A DNA stretch of 64,000 nucleotides from Candidatus Fervidifonticultor sextus (GCA_031459875.1 JAVKHQ010000008.1:34354-98353); one strand, 5' to 3'. Shown: positions 8,959-19,064, counted from the first letter of the stretch. Notes: a model not told the origin generated them from the sequence alone. Translations and numbers: made by a program.

Positions 8959-10122
8959 ATGCCGTCTGTCGGCCTGACCGACCTCGTCAAGACCTACCGC
9001 CTCGGCCGGCTGCACGTCCGGGCGGTCAACGGCGCCACGCTGGAGGCCCCCCACGGCCAGATCCTGACGCTGTTGGGACCCAGCGGGTGCGGCAAGTCGA
9101 CGACCCTGCGGTGTGTCGCAGGCCTCGAGCGGCCCGACGACGGCGAGATCCGGTTCGGTGAGCGCGTGACCTATAGCCGCGCGAAGGGCGTCTTCGTTCC
9201 GCCCGACCGCCGGAACGTCGGAATGGTCTTCCAGTCCTACGCGATCTGGCCGCACCTGACGGTCTACGAGAATGTGGCCTACCCCCTGGAGGTTCGAGGG
9301 CTGCGGCGCCAGGAGGCGGTGGAGCGCGTTCGGGCCGCCCTGGCCCTGGTCGGGCTGGAGGGGCTGGAGGACCGCCCGGCCCCCTACCTGTCCGGCGGGC
9401 AGCAGCAGCGCGTGGCCCTCGCCCGCGTCCTCGTCTACGAGCCCGAGGTCCTCCTGCTGGACGAGCCGCTGTCCAACCTCGATGCCAAGGTCCGCGAGCA
9501 GGTGCGGGAGGACCTGCGCGCCCTGCAGCGGCGCCTGGGGATCACGACGATCTACGTCACCCACGACCAGCTGGAGGCGCTGGCCCTCTCCGACGTGATC
9601 GTGGTCATGCAGGCGGGACACATCGTCGAGGTTGGCACCCCCCAGCAACTCTACGCCCGGCCCACAGCCCGGTTCACGGCCACCTTCCTGGGAGAGATCA
9701 GCTATCTCTCGGGCGCGGTCAGCCAGGAGGATGACGGCACGGTCACCGTCCTCACCCCGGTGGGCCCGCTGCGCTGCCTCAATCCGCACCCGATGAGCCG
9801 GCGGACGGCCCTGGTGGCCGGCGTCCGGCCCGAGCACGTGAGTGTGCGCACACACCACCCGGCCGGGGAGCCCAATGCCTTCCACGGGACGATCCTCTCC
9901 GCCCTGTTCGAGGGGGGCCGCGCGAAGTACCGCATCGCACTGGACGGCCTGACGGTACTGGCGTACGGCCCGCCGGGTTTCGCCCCGGGCGAGCGGGTCT
10001 GCGCGGTCATCGATCCGGCCCGGGTCATCCTGCTGCCCGATCTCCCGGCCGGGTTCAACCCGCCTGAAACCTCCCCATCGCCCGGCGCGCCGCGGCGACC
10101 ATCGCCAGGGACGTCAGGCTGA
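8959..10122 (+). CDS. ABC transporter ATP-binding protein (Fe3+/polyamine type, TOBE tail)
   Basis: Walker A GPSGCGKST, LSGGQQQR, LLLDEPLSNLD, YVTHD. Confidence 0.95.
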   Translation: MPSVGLTDLVKTYRLGRLHVRAVNGATLEAPHGQILTLLGPSGCGKSTTLRCVAGLERPDDGEIRFGERVTYSRAKGVFVPPDRRNVGMVFQSYAIWPHLTVYENVAYPLEVRGLRRQEAVERVRAALALVGLEGLEDRPAPYLSGGQQQRVALARVLVYEPEVLLLDEPLSNLDAKVREQVREDLRALQRRLGITTIYVTHDQLEALALSDVIVVMQAGHIVEVGTPQQLYARPTARFTATFLGEISYLSGAVSQEDDGTVTVLTPVGPLRCLNPHPMSRRTALVAGVRPEHVSVRTHHPAGEPNAFHGTILSALFEGGRAKYRIALDGLTVLAYGPPGFAPGERVCAVIDPARVILLPDLPAGFNPPETSPSPGAPRRPSPGTSG

Positions 10123-11644
10123 TCACGACGCCCAGGGCGGCCATGCGGCCCTGGTGACCGTCGAGCCACAGGTGGTAGAGCAGGGGCCCCACGGGCTCCG
10201 ATCGAGGGGTGTAGAGGAAGAGCGAGGTGCTGAATTCCCGCATGAAGATCGTAGCCAGGATCACCCACCCCGCCGCAAACCCCGGGCGCAGCAGGGGCAG
10301 GAGGATGCGCCGGAAGGTCCGGGCGAGCCCGGCGCCGCAGATGCGCGACGCCTCTTCGAGTTCGCCGTGGACCTGCACCATGGTGCTGGTCATCGTCCGC
10401 AGCCCATAGGGAAGGAACCGGGTGATGTAGGCGATAAGCAGGATCCAGATCGTGGCGTAGAGGGGGACGGGGAAGCGGACGTAGCCCCACAGCAGGCCGA
10501 TGGCCAGGGCCGTCCCGGGGAACGCCCAGGGGACGAAGGCCAGCACCTCTAAGACGGCGCGCCCGGGGACCCGGGTGCGCACCGTGAGGTAGGCGACCAC
10601 CGAGCTCAGGAGCATCGCGAGGGTCGCGCCGACGGTGGCCAGGGTCACGCTGAGCCGCAGCGCCCGCGCCACCCGGTCGTTCTCCATCAGGTAGACGTAG
10701 TGCTTACCCGTGAGCGCCTGCAGCGTCTTGAGGGTCGGGACCTCGTAGAACGGCAGCAGCGAGGTGAGGACCAGCACGCCGATCGGCAGCACCACGATGA
10801 AGGCCAGGATGAGCAGGGCGACGGCCGAAGCGGCGTACCGCCAGCTTCCCAGGTCGATGACCTGGGGACGGTACCCGCGGCCGGTGACGGTTGCGAAGCG
10901 TTCCGTGCGGCCGACCAATCGCCGGTAGACGTAGACGAAGGCCATCGTGATGGCCAGCAGGCTCATGGCGTAGGCGGCCGCCAGGTTGTGGTTGGGCGGG
11001 TACTGTGCCAGGGCCTCCCGGAAGATCTTGGTCGTCAGCACCTCGATGCGGGCGGGCAGCGCGATGATCGCGGGCACATCGAAACTCTCGATGGCGCGCA
11101 CGAAGTTCAGGATGCCGGCAGCCAGCAGGGCGGGGAGGACCAGCGGAGCCGTGATCCGCCTGGCCGTCTGGAGGGAGGTGGCCCCGGCGATACGGGCCGA
11201 CTCCTCCAGGGACGGGTCCATGGAGCGCAGGGCGCCGGCAATGACGAGGAAGGCCAGCGGCGCCAGCACGAGCCCCTCGACGAAGATCATGCCCGGCATC
11301 GAGTAGACGTTCAGCGGCGGCAGCCCCAGGCGCTGCACCACGGCCAGGTTGAGCAGCCCGATGCGCGGGCTGAGCAGGAGGGCCCAGGAGGCCGCGATCA
11401 ACAGCGGCGGGAGGACGTTGGGCGCCAGCGCCACGAGTTCGAACAGGCCCCGCCCGGGCGCGTTGGTGCGCACCGTGATCCAGGCCAGCAGGCCGGCCAG
11501 GGCGAGCGAGAGGGCCGAGGCGCCGGCTGCAAAGACGACCGACGTGCCGATCAGCCGGTAGGTGTGCGGATCGCCGTAGGCCGCCGCATAGTGGGCCAGG
11601 GTGAACCGTCCGGCGACACCCAGCGGCGCGTCGCTGAAGCTGCC
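10055..11644 (-). pseudogene. FbpB-type iron ABC permease, lacking its N-terminus and start codon
   Basis: Two permease halves (LEESARIAGA, LEEASRICGA). Plausible sequence begins abruptly at GSFSDAP; upstream the frame is an out-of-frame shadow of the SBP gene. Confidence 0.7.
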
Positions 11645-12633
11645 CGGAATTTCCTGAGCTCCGCGTCGTCGAGATCGTCCATCATGACGATCCGCAGTTT
11701 GTCGGCGTCCCTGATGGGAGGGTAGACCCCCGGCACCAGGACGAACTCTCCCGCCCGCGCCAGGGCCAGCAGCCCCAGCCGCGAGGTGAGCAGGTCGATG
11801 AACAGCTTGCCGGCGTTGGGGTGGTCGGGTTTCGCCCCCAGAGCCACGTGGTGGGCCTCCGCGAGCACCGGGTTCAGGCGCACGTAGTCCAGCGGCGCGC
11901 CGTCCTGCCCGAAGACGTGGACGTACTTGACGTGGCTGATGCCCAACGGGAATTCCCCCGCGATCACCTTCTGCGCCGACGGAATGAACGACTCCACCAG
12001 CCCCACCTGCCCGGCGATGCGTTCGACGAAGGCGCGGTGCTGCGGCCCCAGGACCTTCTGCAGATTCGACAGCCACACGGCCGTCGTGGTGTGTAGCGTG
12101 GGATCGGGCATCACCACCCTGCCCTTCCACCTGGGGTCGAGCAACTCTGCCAGGGACTTCGGCGCATCGTCGGGCCTCAGCAGGCGCGTATTGAGCAGGA
12201 TGCTGACGACCACGACCCGATAGGAGGGGGAGAGGATGCCGTCGGGGTCGTGGCTGGCGACGGGAAAGGCTTCATAGGACGGGGCGGTATACTTCCCGAA
12301 CACGCCCGCCCGCTTCATGATGAGCATCGGGCTGCGGTTGGTGAGCACCACGTCGAACTGAGGCCGGCCGGCCCTCGCTTCGGTGAGCACGCGGTCGGTG
12401 ACGCGGTTGCTCGCCGCCCGCCAGTACTCCACGCGGACGCCGTACTTGCCCTCGAAGATCTTCTGGATGACCTCGAAAACGTCGGTCTCCAGGGACCCGT
12501 AGACGACGACCCTGCCCTCTCGCCTGGCGGCGCCCACCAGGTCGGCCTGCGCCAGCGCATCCGACCCCCAGGACACGAGCACCCCGCCGAGGAGGCAGGC
12601 CGAGACCGCAGAGACGATCCGTCCTGCGCGCAT
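11551..12633 (-). CDS. ABC substrate-binding protein (Fe3+/thiamine-like family), C-terminus probably disrupted
   Basis: Signal peptide, AARREGRVVVYGS, LLDPRWKG, HPNAGKLFID. After ELRKFR it reads out of frame into the permease. Confidence 0.82.
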   Translation of the reverse strand: MRAGRIVSAVSACLLGGVLVSWGSDALAQADLVGAARREGRVVVYGSLETDVFEVIQKIFEGKYGVRVEYWRAASNRVTDRVLTEARAGRPQFDVVLTNRSPMLIMKRAGVFGKYTAPSYEAFPVASHDPDGILSPSYRVVVVSILLNTRLLRPDDAPKSLAELLDPRWKGRVVMPDPTLHTTTAVWLSNLQKVLGPQHRAFVERIAGQVGLVESFIPSAQKVIAGEFPLGISHVKYVHVFGQDGAPLDYVRLNPVLAEAHHVALGAKPDHPNAGKLFIDLLTSRLGLLALARAGEFVLVPGVYPPIRDADKLRIVMMDDLDDAELRKFRAASATRRWVSPDGSPWPTMRRPTAIRTPTG

Positions 12634-12768
12634 CGCGATCCCCCCCGTCGCGCGGCTTTGGGCGATGTGTTCGCCGCATATCCGGGCCACCCTGCATGCT
12701 ATACTTCCGCATAAGCGGCGGTCCGGGCCGGGGCGCCGGGACTGGGGGAGGCAGGAGGGTCGCGGATC

Positions 12769-14058
12769 ATGGCGGTCAGGGAGGAGACACTGAAGTCCTA
12801 TGCGGGGCTGGTAGCCGATGATCCGCGCGAGTTTCGGGTTCATGGGTCCATCTATACCGATCCGGACCTCTTCGCCGTGGAGATGGAGCGCATCTTCGAG
12901 CGGTGCTGGGTCTACGTCGGGCACGAGTCAGAGGTGTCGGCGCCCGGCGACTACAAGACGGTGGTGGTGGGGACCCAGCCGCTGATCCTCACCCGCCACG
13001 AGGACGGACGCATCTACTGCTTCTACAACCGCTGCCGGCACCGCGGCGCCGTGGTCTGCCGGCAGGAGCGCGGGCACTCCAACTTCTTCCGCTGCCGCTA
13101 CCACAACTGGGTCTACGCCAACAACGGCGCCCTGATCGGCATGGCCCAGAGCACGGGCTACCCTGACGACTTCGACAGGCGCGCCTACGGCCTGGTCCCC
13201 GTGGCGCGGCTGGAGAGTTACCGGGGGATGCTGTTCGTCAACCTGTCGGATCGGGGGCCCGGACTGGCCGAGCACCTGGCCCCCGTCCGCCGGTACATCG
13301 ACTACTGGTTCGGGCGCTCTCCCGTCGAAGAGATCGAGGTCTGCTTGCCCCCCCATCGGTACGAGTATCCGGGCAACTGGAAACTGCAGGCCGAGAACGG
13401 GTCCGACGGCTATCACGGCAACTACGTGCACCTCTCGTGGCAGCGCGTCCTGGCGCTGGCAAGAGAGTCGACGGTGGAGGAAACCCAGCAGTACCGCCAG
13501 GCGGGGTGCACCCGGGGCCTGGCCAACGGCCACGGCGTCCTGGAGCGGCCGGGCAGCCTCAACCCCAACTCGAGCTGGACCGCCCGGATGATGCACCGCT
13601 ACCCGGCCTACGCGGAGGCCATGCGCGCCCGATTCTCCGACGAGGAGCTGGTGGAGATTTCGGCACGGCGCAACATCTTCGTGTTCCCCAACCTCTACCT
13701 CTTCGAGACCCACTGCCGGGTGATCGTGCCCAGGGCGCCGGATCGGACCGAGGTGCAGCTCTACGTGTACGCCCTGCGGGGCGTCCCCGACGCCATCAAC
13801 GAAGGGCGGTTGCGGGGACACGAGCGGTTCTTCGGCCCGGCCGGGTTCGGGACGCCCGACGACATCGAGGTCTTCACGGAGGTCCAGACCGGGGTGCGGG
13901 CCCGCGGCGTCGAGTGGAACCTGCTCAACCGGGGCCAGCACCGGGAGCGGTTCGAAGCGGGCGAGTGGATCGGCCACACCACCGATGAGGCGCCGCAGCG
14001 GTCGCTGTACCGGCAGTGGCGGCGCATGATGGCGGACGGTGAGCGCGCCGATGTCTGA
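12769..14058 (+). CDS. Rieske aromatic ring-hydroxylating oxygenase alpha subunit (2)
   Basis: CRH...CRYH; ENGSDGYHGNYVH; PAGFGTPDDIEVF, resembling the benzoate/cumate dioxygenase type. Confidence 0.95.
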   Translation: MAVREETLKSYAGLVADDPREFRVHGSIYTDPDLFAVEMERIFERCWVYVGHESEVSAPGDYKTVVVGTQPLILTRHEDGRIYCFYNRCRHRGAVVCRQERGHSNFFRCRYHNWVYANNGALIGMAQSTGYPDDFDRRAYGLVPVARLESYRGMLFVNLSDRGPGLAEHLAPVRRYIDYWFGRSPVEEIEVCLPPHRYEYPGNWKLQAENGSDGYHGNYVHLSWQRVLALARESTVEETQQYRQAGCTRGLANGHGVLERPGSLNPNSSWTARMMHRYPAYAEAMRARFSDEELVEISARRNIFVFPNLYLFETHCRVIVPRAPDRTEVQLYVYALRGVPDAINEGRLRGHERFFGPAGFGTPDDIEVFTEVQTGVRARGVEWNLLNRGQHRERFEAGEWIGHTTDEAPQRSLYRQWRRMMADGERADV

Positions 14059-14554
14059 GCGGCTCACGGCCGAGGAGGCGGAACGCTTCCTGTTTGCCGA
14101 AGCGCGGCTGCTGGACGAGCGGCGCTTCGAGGAGTGGGAGGCCCTCTTCACCGACGACGGCGTCTACTGGCTGCCGATCGATCCGGACAGGGATCCCTCG
14201 CAGGCCGTCGCCATCATCTACGACGACCGCCGGCGTCTCCACGAGCGCGTCTACCGGTTGACGAAGACCCCGGTGCTCGACCAGAATCCTCCGTCGCGGA
14301 CCATCCGTTTCGTCTCCAACGTCGAGGTCACCGACGGCGAGGGGGCCGGCGAGGCGGTCGTCCACTGCCGCCAGTTGATCGCCGAGATGCGCCCCGGGGG
14401 CCCGGGTCAGGAAGGCCTGAACGCGCCGCGGCTCTTCGCGGCGCGCTGCCAGTACCGACTGCGCCAGGTCGGGGGCGCCTGGAAGATCGCCCTGAAACAG
14501 GTGGTCCTCCTGACCTCGGACGAACCCCAGTACAACCTGTCCTTCATCCCCTGA
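14051..14554 (+). CDS. Aromatic ring-hydroxylating oxygenase beta subunit (2)
   Basis: FLFAEARLLDERRFEEW...YWLP...PPSRTIRFVSNV; overlaps the alpha stop. Confidence 0.93.
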   Translation: MSERLTAEEAERFLFAEARLLDERRFEEWEALFTDDGVYWLPIDPDRDPSQAVAIIYDDRRRLHERVYRLTKTPVLDQNPPSRTIRFVSNVEVTDGEGAGEAVVHCRQLIAEMRPGGPGQEGLNAPRLFAARCQYRLRQVGGAWKIALKQVVLLTSDEPQYNLSFIP

Positions 14555-14556
14555 GG

Positions 14557-15051
14557 ATGGCGTCTTTCGGACGGTCCGCCACCAGCATCACGTCCCTCGC
14601 CCGGCTGGGTAACGTCGAGGTGAGCCGATACGAGACGGCGACCGGGGCGCGGCTCCGTCTGCGGAACCTGGCGCCGGAGCCGATGGAGGCCTTTCTTGAC
14701 CCCCTGGAGCTCGAGGGCCTCACCCGCGCGCGGCACAAGGCGTTCCCGCTGCTGGGCGGCGCGCCGGGCCACCCGGCGGCCCGCACGGGACCGGAGGAAT
14801 CCGTGCTTCGCGCCCCAGCGGGCGAGCACCTGGAGCGCCTCCAGAACGAGTTTGCCCTCGTGGGCGTGGCCGTGGCGCACCCACCCGCCGGCGAGGGCCT
14901 GCTCATCCGCGACATGAACGCCGGACTGGGCATCCTGCTCACCCCGGCCGAACTGGAGGCGCTGCTGCGGGTGCGCCACATGGACTTCGCCCCGCTGGTG
15001 GACACCAGCGACCTGGTCGCGATTCCCGATCCCGACATCGACGAGGTCTAG
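14557..15051 (+). CDS. Hypothetical protein with two copies of a dioxygenase-associated small domain
   Basis: Internal repeat ending LDPLELEGLTRARH and LTPAELEALLRVRH; starts 2 nt after the beta stop. Confidence 0.7.
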   Translation: MASFGRSATSITSLARLGNVEVSRYETATGARLRLRNLAPEPMEAFLDPLELEGLTRARHKAFPLLGGAPGHPAARTGPEESVLRAPAGEHLERLQNEFALVGVAVAHPPAGEGLLIRDMNAGLGILLTPAELEALLRVRHMDFAPLVDTSDLVAIPDPDIDEV

Positions 15052-15056
15052 CTCTG

Positions 15057-16172
15057 GTGAACGCCGGCGATCAGACGGTGCGGGCCGCGGTGACTCCTGC
15101 CCCGCTGGTCACCGAGGTCCGGGCCTTCCGCCTTCCGCCCGTGGGTGCCGACGACGGCCTGCTGGAGGTGGAGGCCTGCGGGCTGTGCGGGACCGACTGG
15201 GACTTCTACACGCGGCGTCGGGGCGCGCATCTGGGAGCGCTCATCCTCGGCCATGAGATCGTGGGCCGCGTCGCGGCCGTCGGCGAGCGGGCGGCCGCGC
15301 GGTGGGGGGTGGCGGAGGGTGACCGGGTGGCGGTCGAGGAGTTCCTCCCGTGCGGCCAGTGCGAGTTCTGTATCTCGGGCCGGCCCGCCCTGTGCGAGGC
15401 CACCGACTCGAGGTCTGAGCGGCCCTTCCTCCGCTACGGCGCCACTCCCATCGACGTGCCGCCGGCCTTGTGGGGCGGGTTTGGCGAGGTGCTCTACCTC
15501 CATCCGCGCGCGCTCGTCCACCGCCTCCCTCCCGAACTTTCGGCCGATCTCGCGACCCTGTTCGTCCCGATCTCCAACGGCGTCCGCTGGGTGCGCAAGG
15601 ATGGCCGCCTGCCGCGCGACGGGACGGTGGTCATCATCGGCCCGGGCGCCCACGGCCTGGGCTGTGTCGTGGCGGCCCGCGAGGGCGGGGCGGGGTGCGT
15701 GATCGTCGCGGGACGGACCCGCAGCCCGCGCCTCGACGCCGCTCGGGCCCTGGGGGCCGTGGGGCTGGAGGCTCAGGGGGCCGATCTCGTCGCCGCCGTG
15801 CGCGAGGTCACCGGCGGCGAGGGGGCCGATGTGGTCGTGGATCTGGCGCCGGGATCGTCGGACACCGTGGAGGTGGCCCTGCAGATCGCGCGCAAGGGCG
15901 CCACCGTGATCCTGGCCTCCTCGAAGCACGGCCGGCCCGTCGCCGGGTTCCAGAGCGACCTCGTCGTGCGCAAGGCCCTGACCGTGAGAGGGGTGCGGGG
16001 GCGTGACCCCCAGTCTGTGGAGGAGGCGCTCCGGATCCTCGGGTCCCGCCGCTACCCGCTGGAGCGGCTGCGCACCCACACGTTCCCGTTCACCCAGGCC
16101 GACCAGGCGCTCAGGGTCCTCGGGGAACGCACGGATCCTGCCGCGATTCACGTTGCGGTCGTTCCCCGATGA
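15057..16172 (+). CDS. Zinc-dependent dehydrogenase (MDR family)
   Basis: CGLCGTD, GHE, structural Zn CGQCEFC...C, GPGAHG. Confidence 0.92.
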   Translation: MNAGDQTVRAAVTPAPLVTEVRAFRLPPVGADDGLLEVEACGLCGTDWDFYTRRRGAHLGALILGHEIVGRVAAVGERAAARWGVAEGDRVAVEEFLPCGQCEFCISGRPALCEATDSRSERPFLRYGATPIDVPPALWGGFGEVLYLHPRALVHRLPPELSADLATLFVPISNGVRWVRKDGRLPRDGTVVIIGPGAHGLGCVVAAREGGAGCVIVAGRTRSPRLDAARALGAVGLEAQGADLVAAVREVTGGEGADVVVDLAPGSSDTVEVALQIARKGATVILASSKHGRPVAGFQSDLVVRKALTVRGVRGRDPQSVEEALRILGSRRYPLERLRTHTFPFTQADQALRVLGERTDPAAIHVAVVPR

Positions 16173-16262
16173 TGGTTGACCCTGCACGGAGTGGGTCCCG
16201 ACGCCGATGAATCCTACGGGGCGTGATAGAATCGGTGTGAACCTGTCGAGGAGGCGGCGGGC

Positions 16263-16829
16263 GTGTCGGTCAGCCTCAAGATGAAGGCGCCCCCCACCGA
16301 CGAGGAGTTGCGGGAGCTGTCCGATCGCAACCCGGGGTATCAGTTCGAGCGGAGTGCCGCGGGGGAACTGATCGTGACGCCCACGGGGAGCAAGGCGGGG
16401 CGCCGGGAATTGCTCCTGGGGGTACAACTGGCCCGCTGGGCCGAGGCTGACGGCCGGGGCCTAGCCTTTGGCCCCTCCGCCGGGTTTCGTCTGCCCGACG
16501 GTTCAGTGCTGTCACCGGATGCGTCCTGGGTGCGTCGGGATCGCTGGGATTCCCTGGAGGCCGGGGCCCAGGAGGGGTTTGCCCCGTTGTGCCCCGACGC
16601 CGTGTTCGAGTGCGCGTCGCGCAGCGACGAACTGCCTGGCCTCCGGGCGAAGCTGCAGGTCTATCTGGCCAACGGGGCCCGCCTGGCCGTGCTCGTCGAT
16701 CCGTACCGTCGCGCGGTGGAGATCTTCGAGCCTGGCCGCACCCCGCGGGTCGTCGAGCAGGCCCGCTCGGTCGCGTTCCCCTCCGTGCTTTCCGGCTTCG
16801 TCCTCGACCTCGAGCCGATCTTCGCGTAG
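16263..16829 (+). CDS. Uma2 (DUF820) family PD-(D/E)xK nuclease-like protein
   Basis: GELIVTPTG, GFRLPDGSVLSPDASW, PLCPDAVFE, YLANGARL. Confidence 0.92.
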   Translation: MSVSLKMKAPPTDEELRELSDRNPGYQFERSAAGELIVTPTGSKAGRRELLLGVQLARWAEADGRGLAFGPSAGFRLPDGSVLSPDASWVRRDRWDSLEAGAQEGFAPLCPDAVFECASRSDELPGLRAKLQVYLANGARLAVLVDPYRRAVEIFEPGRTPRVVEQARSVAFPSVLSGFVLDLEPIFA

Positions 16830-16840
16830 CCGGCGGCGGG

Positions 16841-18010
16841 GTGAGCCGGCTCCTCGGTCTCTACGTTCCCACCCTGGCCGTCAGCTTCGCCCAGGGGATG
16901 ATCTTCCCCGCCGTCCCGGCCCTCGCCGGACACTTCGGCGTCTCCCCCGGCCTGGCGGCGCAGGTGGTGAGCGCCCAGATGGCGGGCCGCATGCTGGCCC
17001 TGCTGCCCGCCGGGGCCCTGGTGGACCGGTTGGGTCCCTGGATCGTGCTCCTCCTGGGATCCATCTTCATCGTGGCCGGGGGCGCCGGGTTGCTGCTCGC
17101 GCAGGCCTTCTGGGTGGTGTTGCTGGGTCAGGCCCTGGCCGGCGCCGGGAGCAGCCTCTGGACCGCGGGCCGCGAGATCGCCGGGCTCGGCCTGGTGCGC
17201 GCGGATCAGCGGGGCCGATTGATGAGCGGCTTCTTCGGTCTGCAGACACTGGGGCTGGCGGCGGGGCCGGTGGCGGGCGGCCTGGTCGTTGACGCGGCAG
17301 GCCTCCGAACCCTCTTTGCGCTCTTCGCAGGCGTCGGGGTGGCAGTCCTCGCCATCACCCTCCTGCTCGACCGGTCGGCCGCCAGGCCGCCGGCACGCAC
17401 CGCACCGCTGGCGGCGATCCTCCACGGCTGGCGGGAGATCGCACCGGCCGACCGCGCGACATACGCCGTCCTCGTGCTGGCCACGTTCGCCATGAACGTG
17501 TACCGGACCAGCCTCAACAGCCTGCTGCCGGTGTACGCGGGCGCCTCGCTCGGCTTCCCCGCCGCCCGGGTTGGGGCGCTCTTCGGGATCATCAGCCTGG
17601 GCGTGCTGGTGATGATCGTGCCGTCCGGGCTCGTCCTGGACCGGGTGGGCCGGAAGTGGGGAGCCGTGCCGGCGGTGGCGGTTCCTGCTGTGGCCTTTGC
17701 GGTGTTGCCGCTGGCCCGGACCGGCCCGCACCTCGCGCTGCTGGCGGCCGCCCTCGGCCTGGCCAGCGGACTGTCGCTGGGCTCCATGTCCACGTTCAGT
17801 TACGACGTCATCCCCGAGCACGCGCGGGGGGTACTGCAGGCCCAGCGGCGGCTGCTCGGGGACCTGGGAGGGCTGGCCGGACCGATGGCCGGAGGCCTCC
17901 TGGCGGACGCCTACGGAGCCGAGATCGCGTTCCTGGCCTACGCGCCGCTGCTGGCGCTGGCCGCGCTCCTGCTGGCCTTCGGCGCCCGCGAGACGTTGGT
18001 CCGACGGTGA
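16841..18010 (+). CDS. MFS transporter
   Basis: About 12 TM; motif A GALVDRLG and GLVLDRVGRK; GTG start at 16841. Confidence 0.9.
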   Translation: MSRLLGLYVPTLAVSFAQGMIFPAVPALAGHFGVSPGLAAQVVSAQMAGRMLALLPAGALVDRLGPWIVLLLGSIFIVAGGAGLLLAQAFWVVLLGQALAGAGSSLWTAGREIAGLGLVRADQRGRLMSGFFGLQTLGLAAGPVAGGLVVDAAGLRTLFALFAGVGVAVLAITLLLDRSAARPPARTAPLAAILHGWREIAPADRATYAVLVLATFAMNVYRTSLNSLLPVYAGASLGFPAARVGALFGIISLGVLVMIVPSGLVLDRVGRKWGAVPAVAVPAVAFAVLPLARTGPHLALLAAALGLASGLSLGSMSTFSYDVIPEHARGVLQAQRRLLGDLGGLAGPMAGGLLADAYGAEIAFLAYAPLLALAALLLAFGARETLVRR

Positions 18011-18029
18011 CGGCGCGTCCGGTCCGCCG

Positions 18030-19064
18030 CTACCGCGCCGCCTCGGCGCGCGTGCGTGCCGCGTACTCCGGTGCGTCCTCCAGGTAGACCACGGCGTCGT
18101 ACCCGAGCAACTTGAACAGCCGGTTCTGCGCCGACAGCAGGACGAGCGGCCTCTGGGGGTCGGCGTTGACGTGCTGGTGGATGGTGTTGTGGGGCACGTA
18201 GAGCAGGTCGCCGGCGCCAAACTCCCACCGCGAGGGCTCCCGCGCCACGCGGGCCATGTACCGTTCGCCGATCTCGGCCTCCACGTCCCAGTGCAGGCTG
18301 TAGCCGCGGCCCGACATGACGTAGATGGCCTCGTCGGCCATGTGCCAGTGCTTCGCCGACCGGCTCCCGCCCGGAATCTCCTGCTGGTAGATGTCGACGC
18401 TGAACACGCGGACGTCGGTCCGCTCGGGCGACGTCAGCACGCGGACCCGGCCGTCCCGGGTGATCTCCCAGCGCGTGTCCTGGGGTTTGACGACCTTCTT
18501 CCGCTCGGTGACGCCGGGCGTCCACAGGCGGCTCCAGTCCTCAGGCGGCCCGTATCGATCGCCGTCGGCGATCGGGCCCCCCCGGCCCTGTTGCACGAGG
18601 CCCAGGTACATCCAGGCGGCCTTGGCCTTGATGACGAGCGCGAGGGCCCGTCGGTCGGGGTCGGCGTTGTAGTGCCGGTGCACCGAGTCGTTGTGGACCA
18701 CCACCAGGTCGTCCTGCTCCCAGTCGTACCGCTGGCCGTCGTGGATTTCGTAGCCGCGGCCTTCCAGGATGTAGAACGTCGCCTCGTTCTGGTGGCCGTG
18801 TCCCCGGTTGGACCCGCCGGGGAAGAGTTCCACGAAGTGCATCTGGATGGTCTGGGTCAGAAAGGGGTCATCGCCCGGCCCGAGGATCCACCAGGTCCGC
18901 GACTGCGCCGAATCCGCCGAATGGGCCACGCGGGCGTCGTCCACCACGGTGCCAGCCGGCCGGACTCGGGGCGCCGCACGCTGCCGCCGGCGGAACTCCG
19001 CGAGGCCGTACTGCTCGGCGCTGATGCCCCGGAGGAACACGCGCCCTTCGATCTCGCCCACCAC
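18030..19064 (-). CDS. Bicupin protein (1)
   Basis: Two cupin motifs: HGHQNE...HRH and HWHMADE...HQH. Confidence 0.85.
   Translation of the reverse strand: MVGEIEGRVFLRGISAEQYGLAEFRRRQRAAPRVRPAGTVVDDARVAHSADSAQSRTWWILGPGDDPFLTQTIQMHFVELFPGGSNRGHGHQNEATFYILEGRGYEIHDGQRYDWEQDDLVVVHNDSVHRHYNADPDRRALALVIKAKAAWMYLGLVQQGRGGPIADGDRYGPPEDWSRLWTPGVTERKKVVKPQDTRWEITRDGRVRVLTSPERTDVRVFSVDIYQQEIPGGSRSAKHWHMADEAIYVMSGRGYSLHWDVEAEIGERYMARVAREPSRWEFGAGDLLYVPHNTIHQHVNADPQRPLVLLSAQNRLFKLLGYDAVVYLEDAPEYAARTRAEAAR

Noticed and set aside
10055..12130. 691-aa ORF as an intact permease or SBP-permease fusion
   Set aside because: The first 162 codons are an out-of-frame reading of the SBP gene, and the two proteins are in different frames.
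16263..16829. Uma2 nuclease as a defence system or mobile element
   Set aside because: Solitary gene with no methylase, partner or flanking repeats; such genes are commonly scattered.
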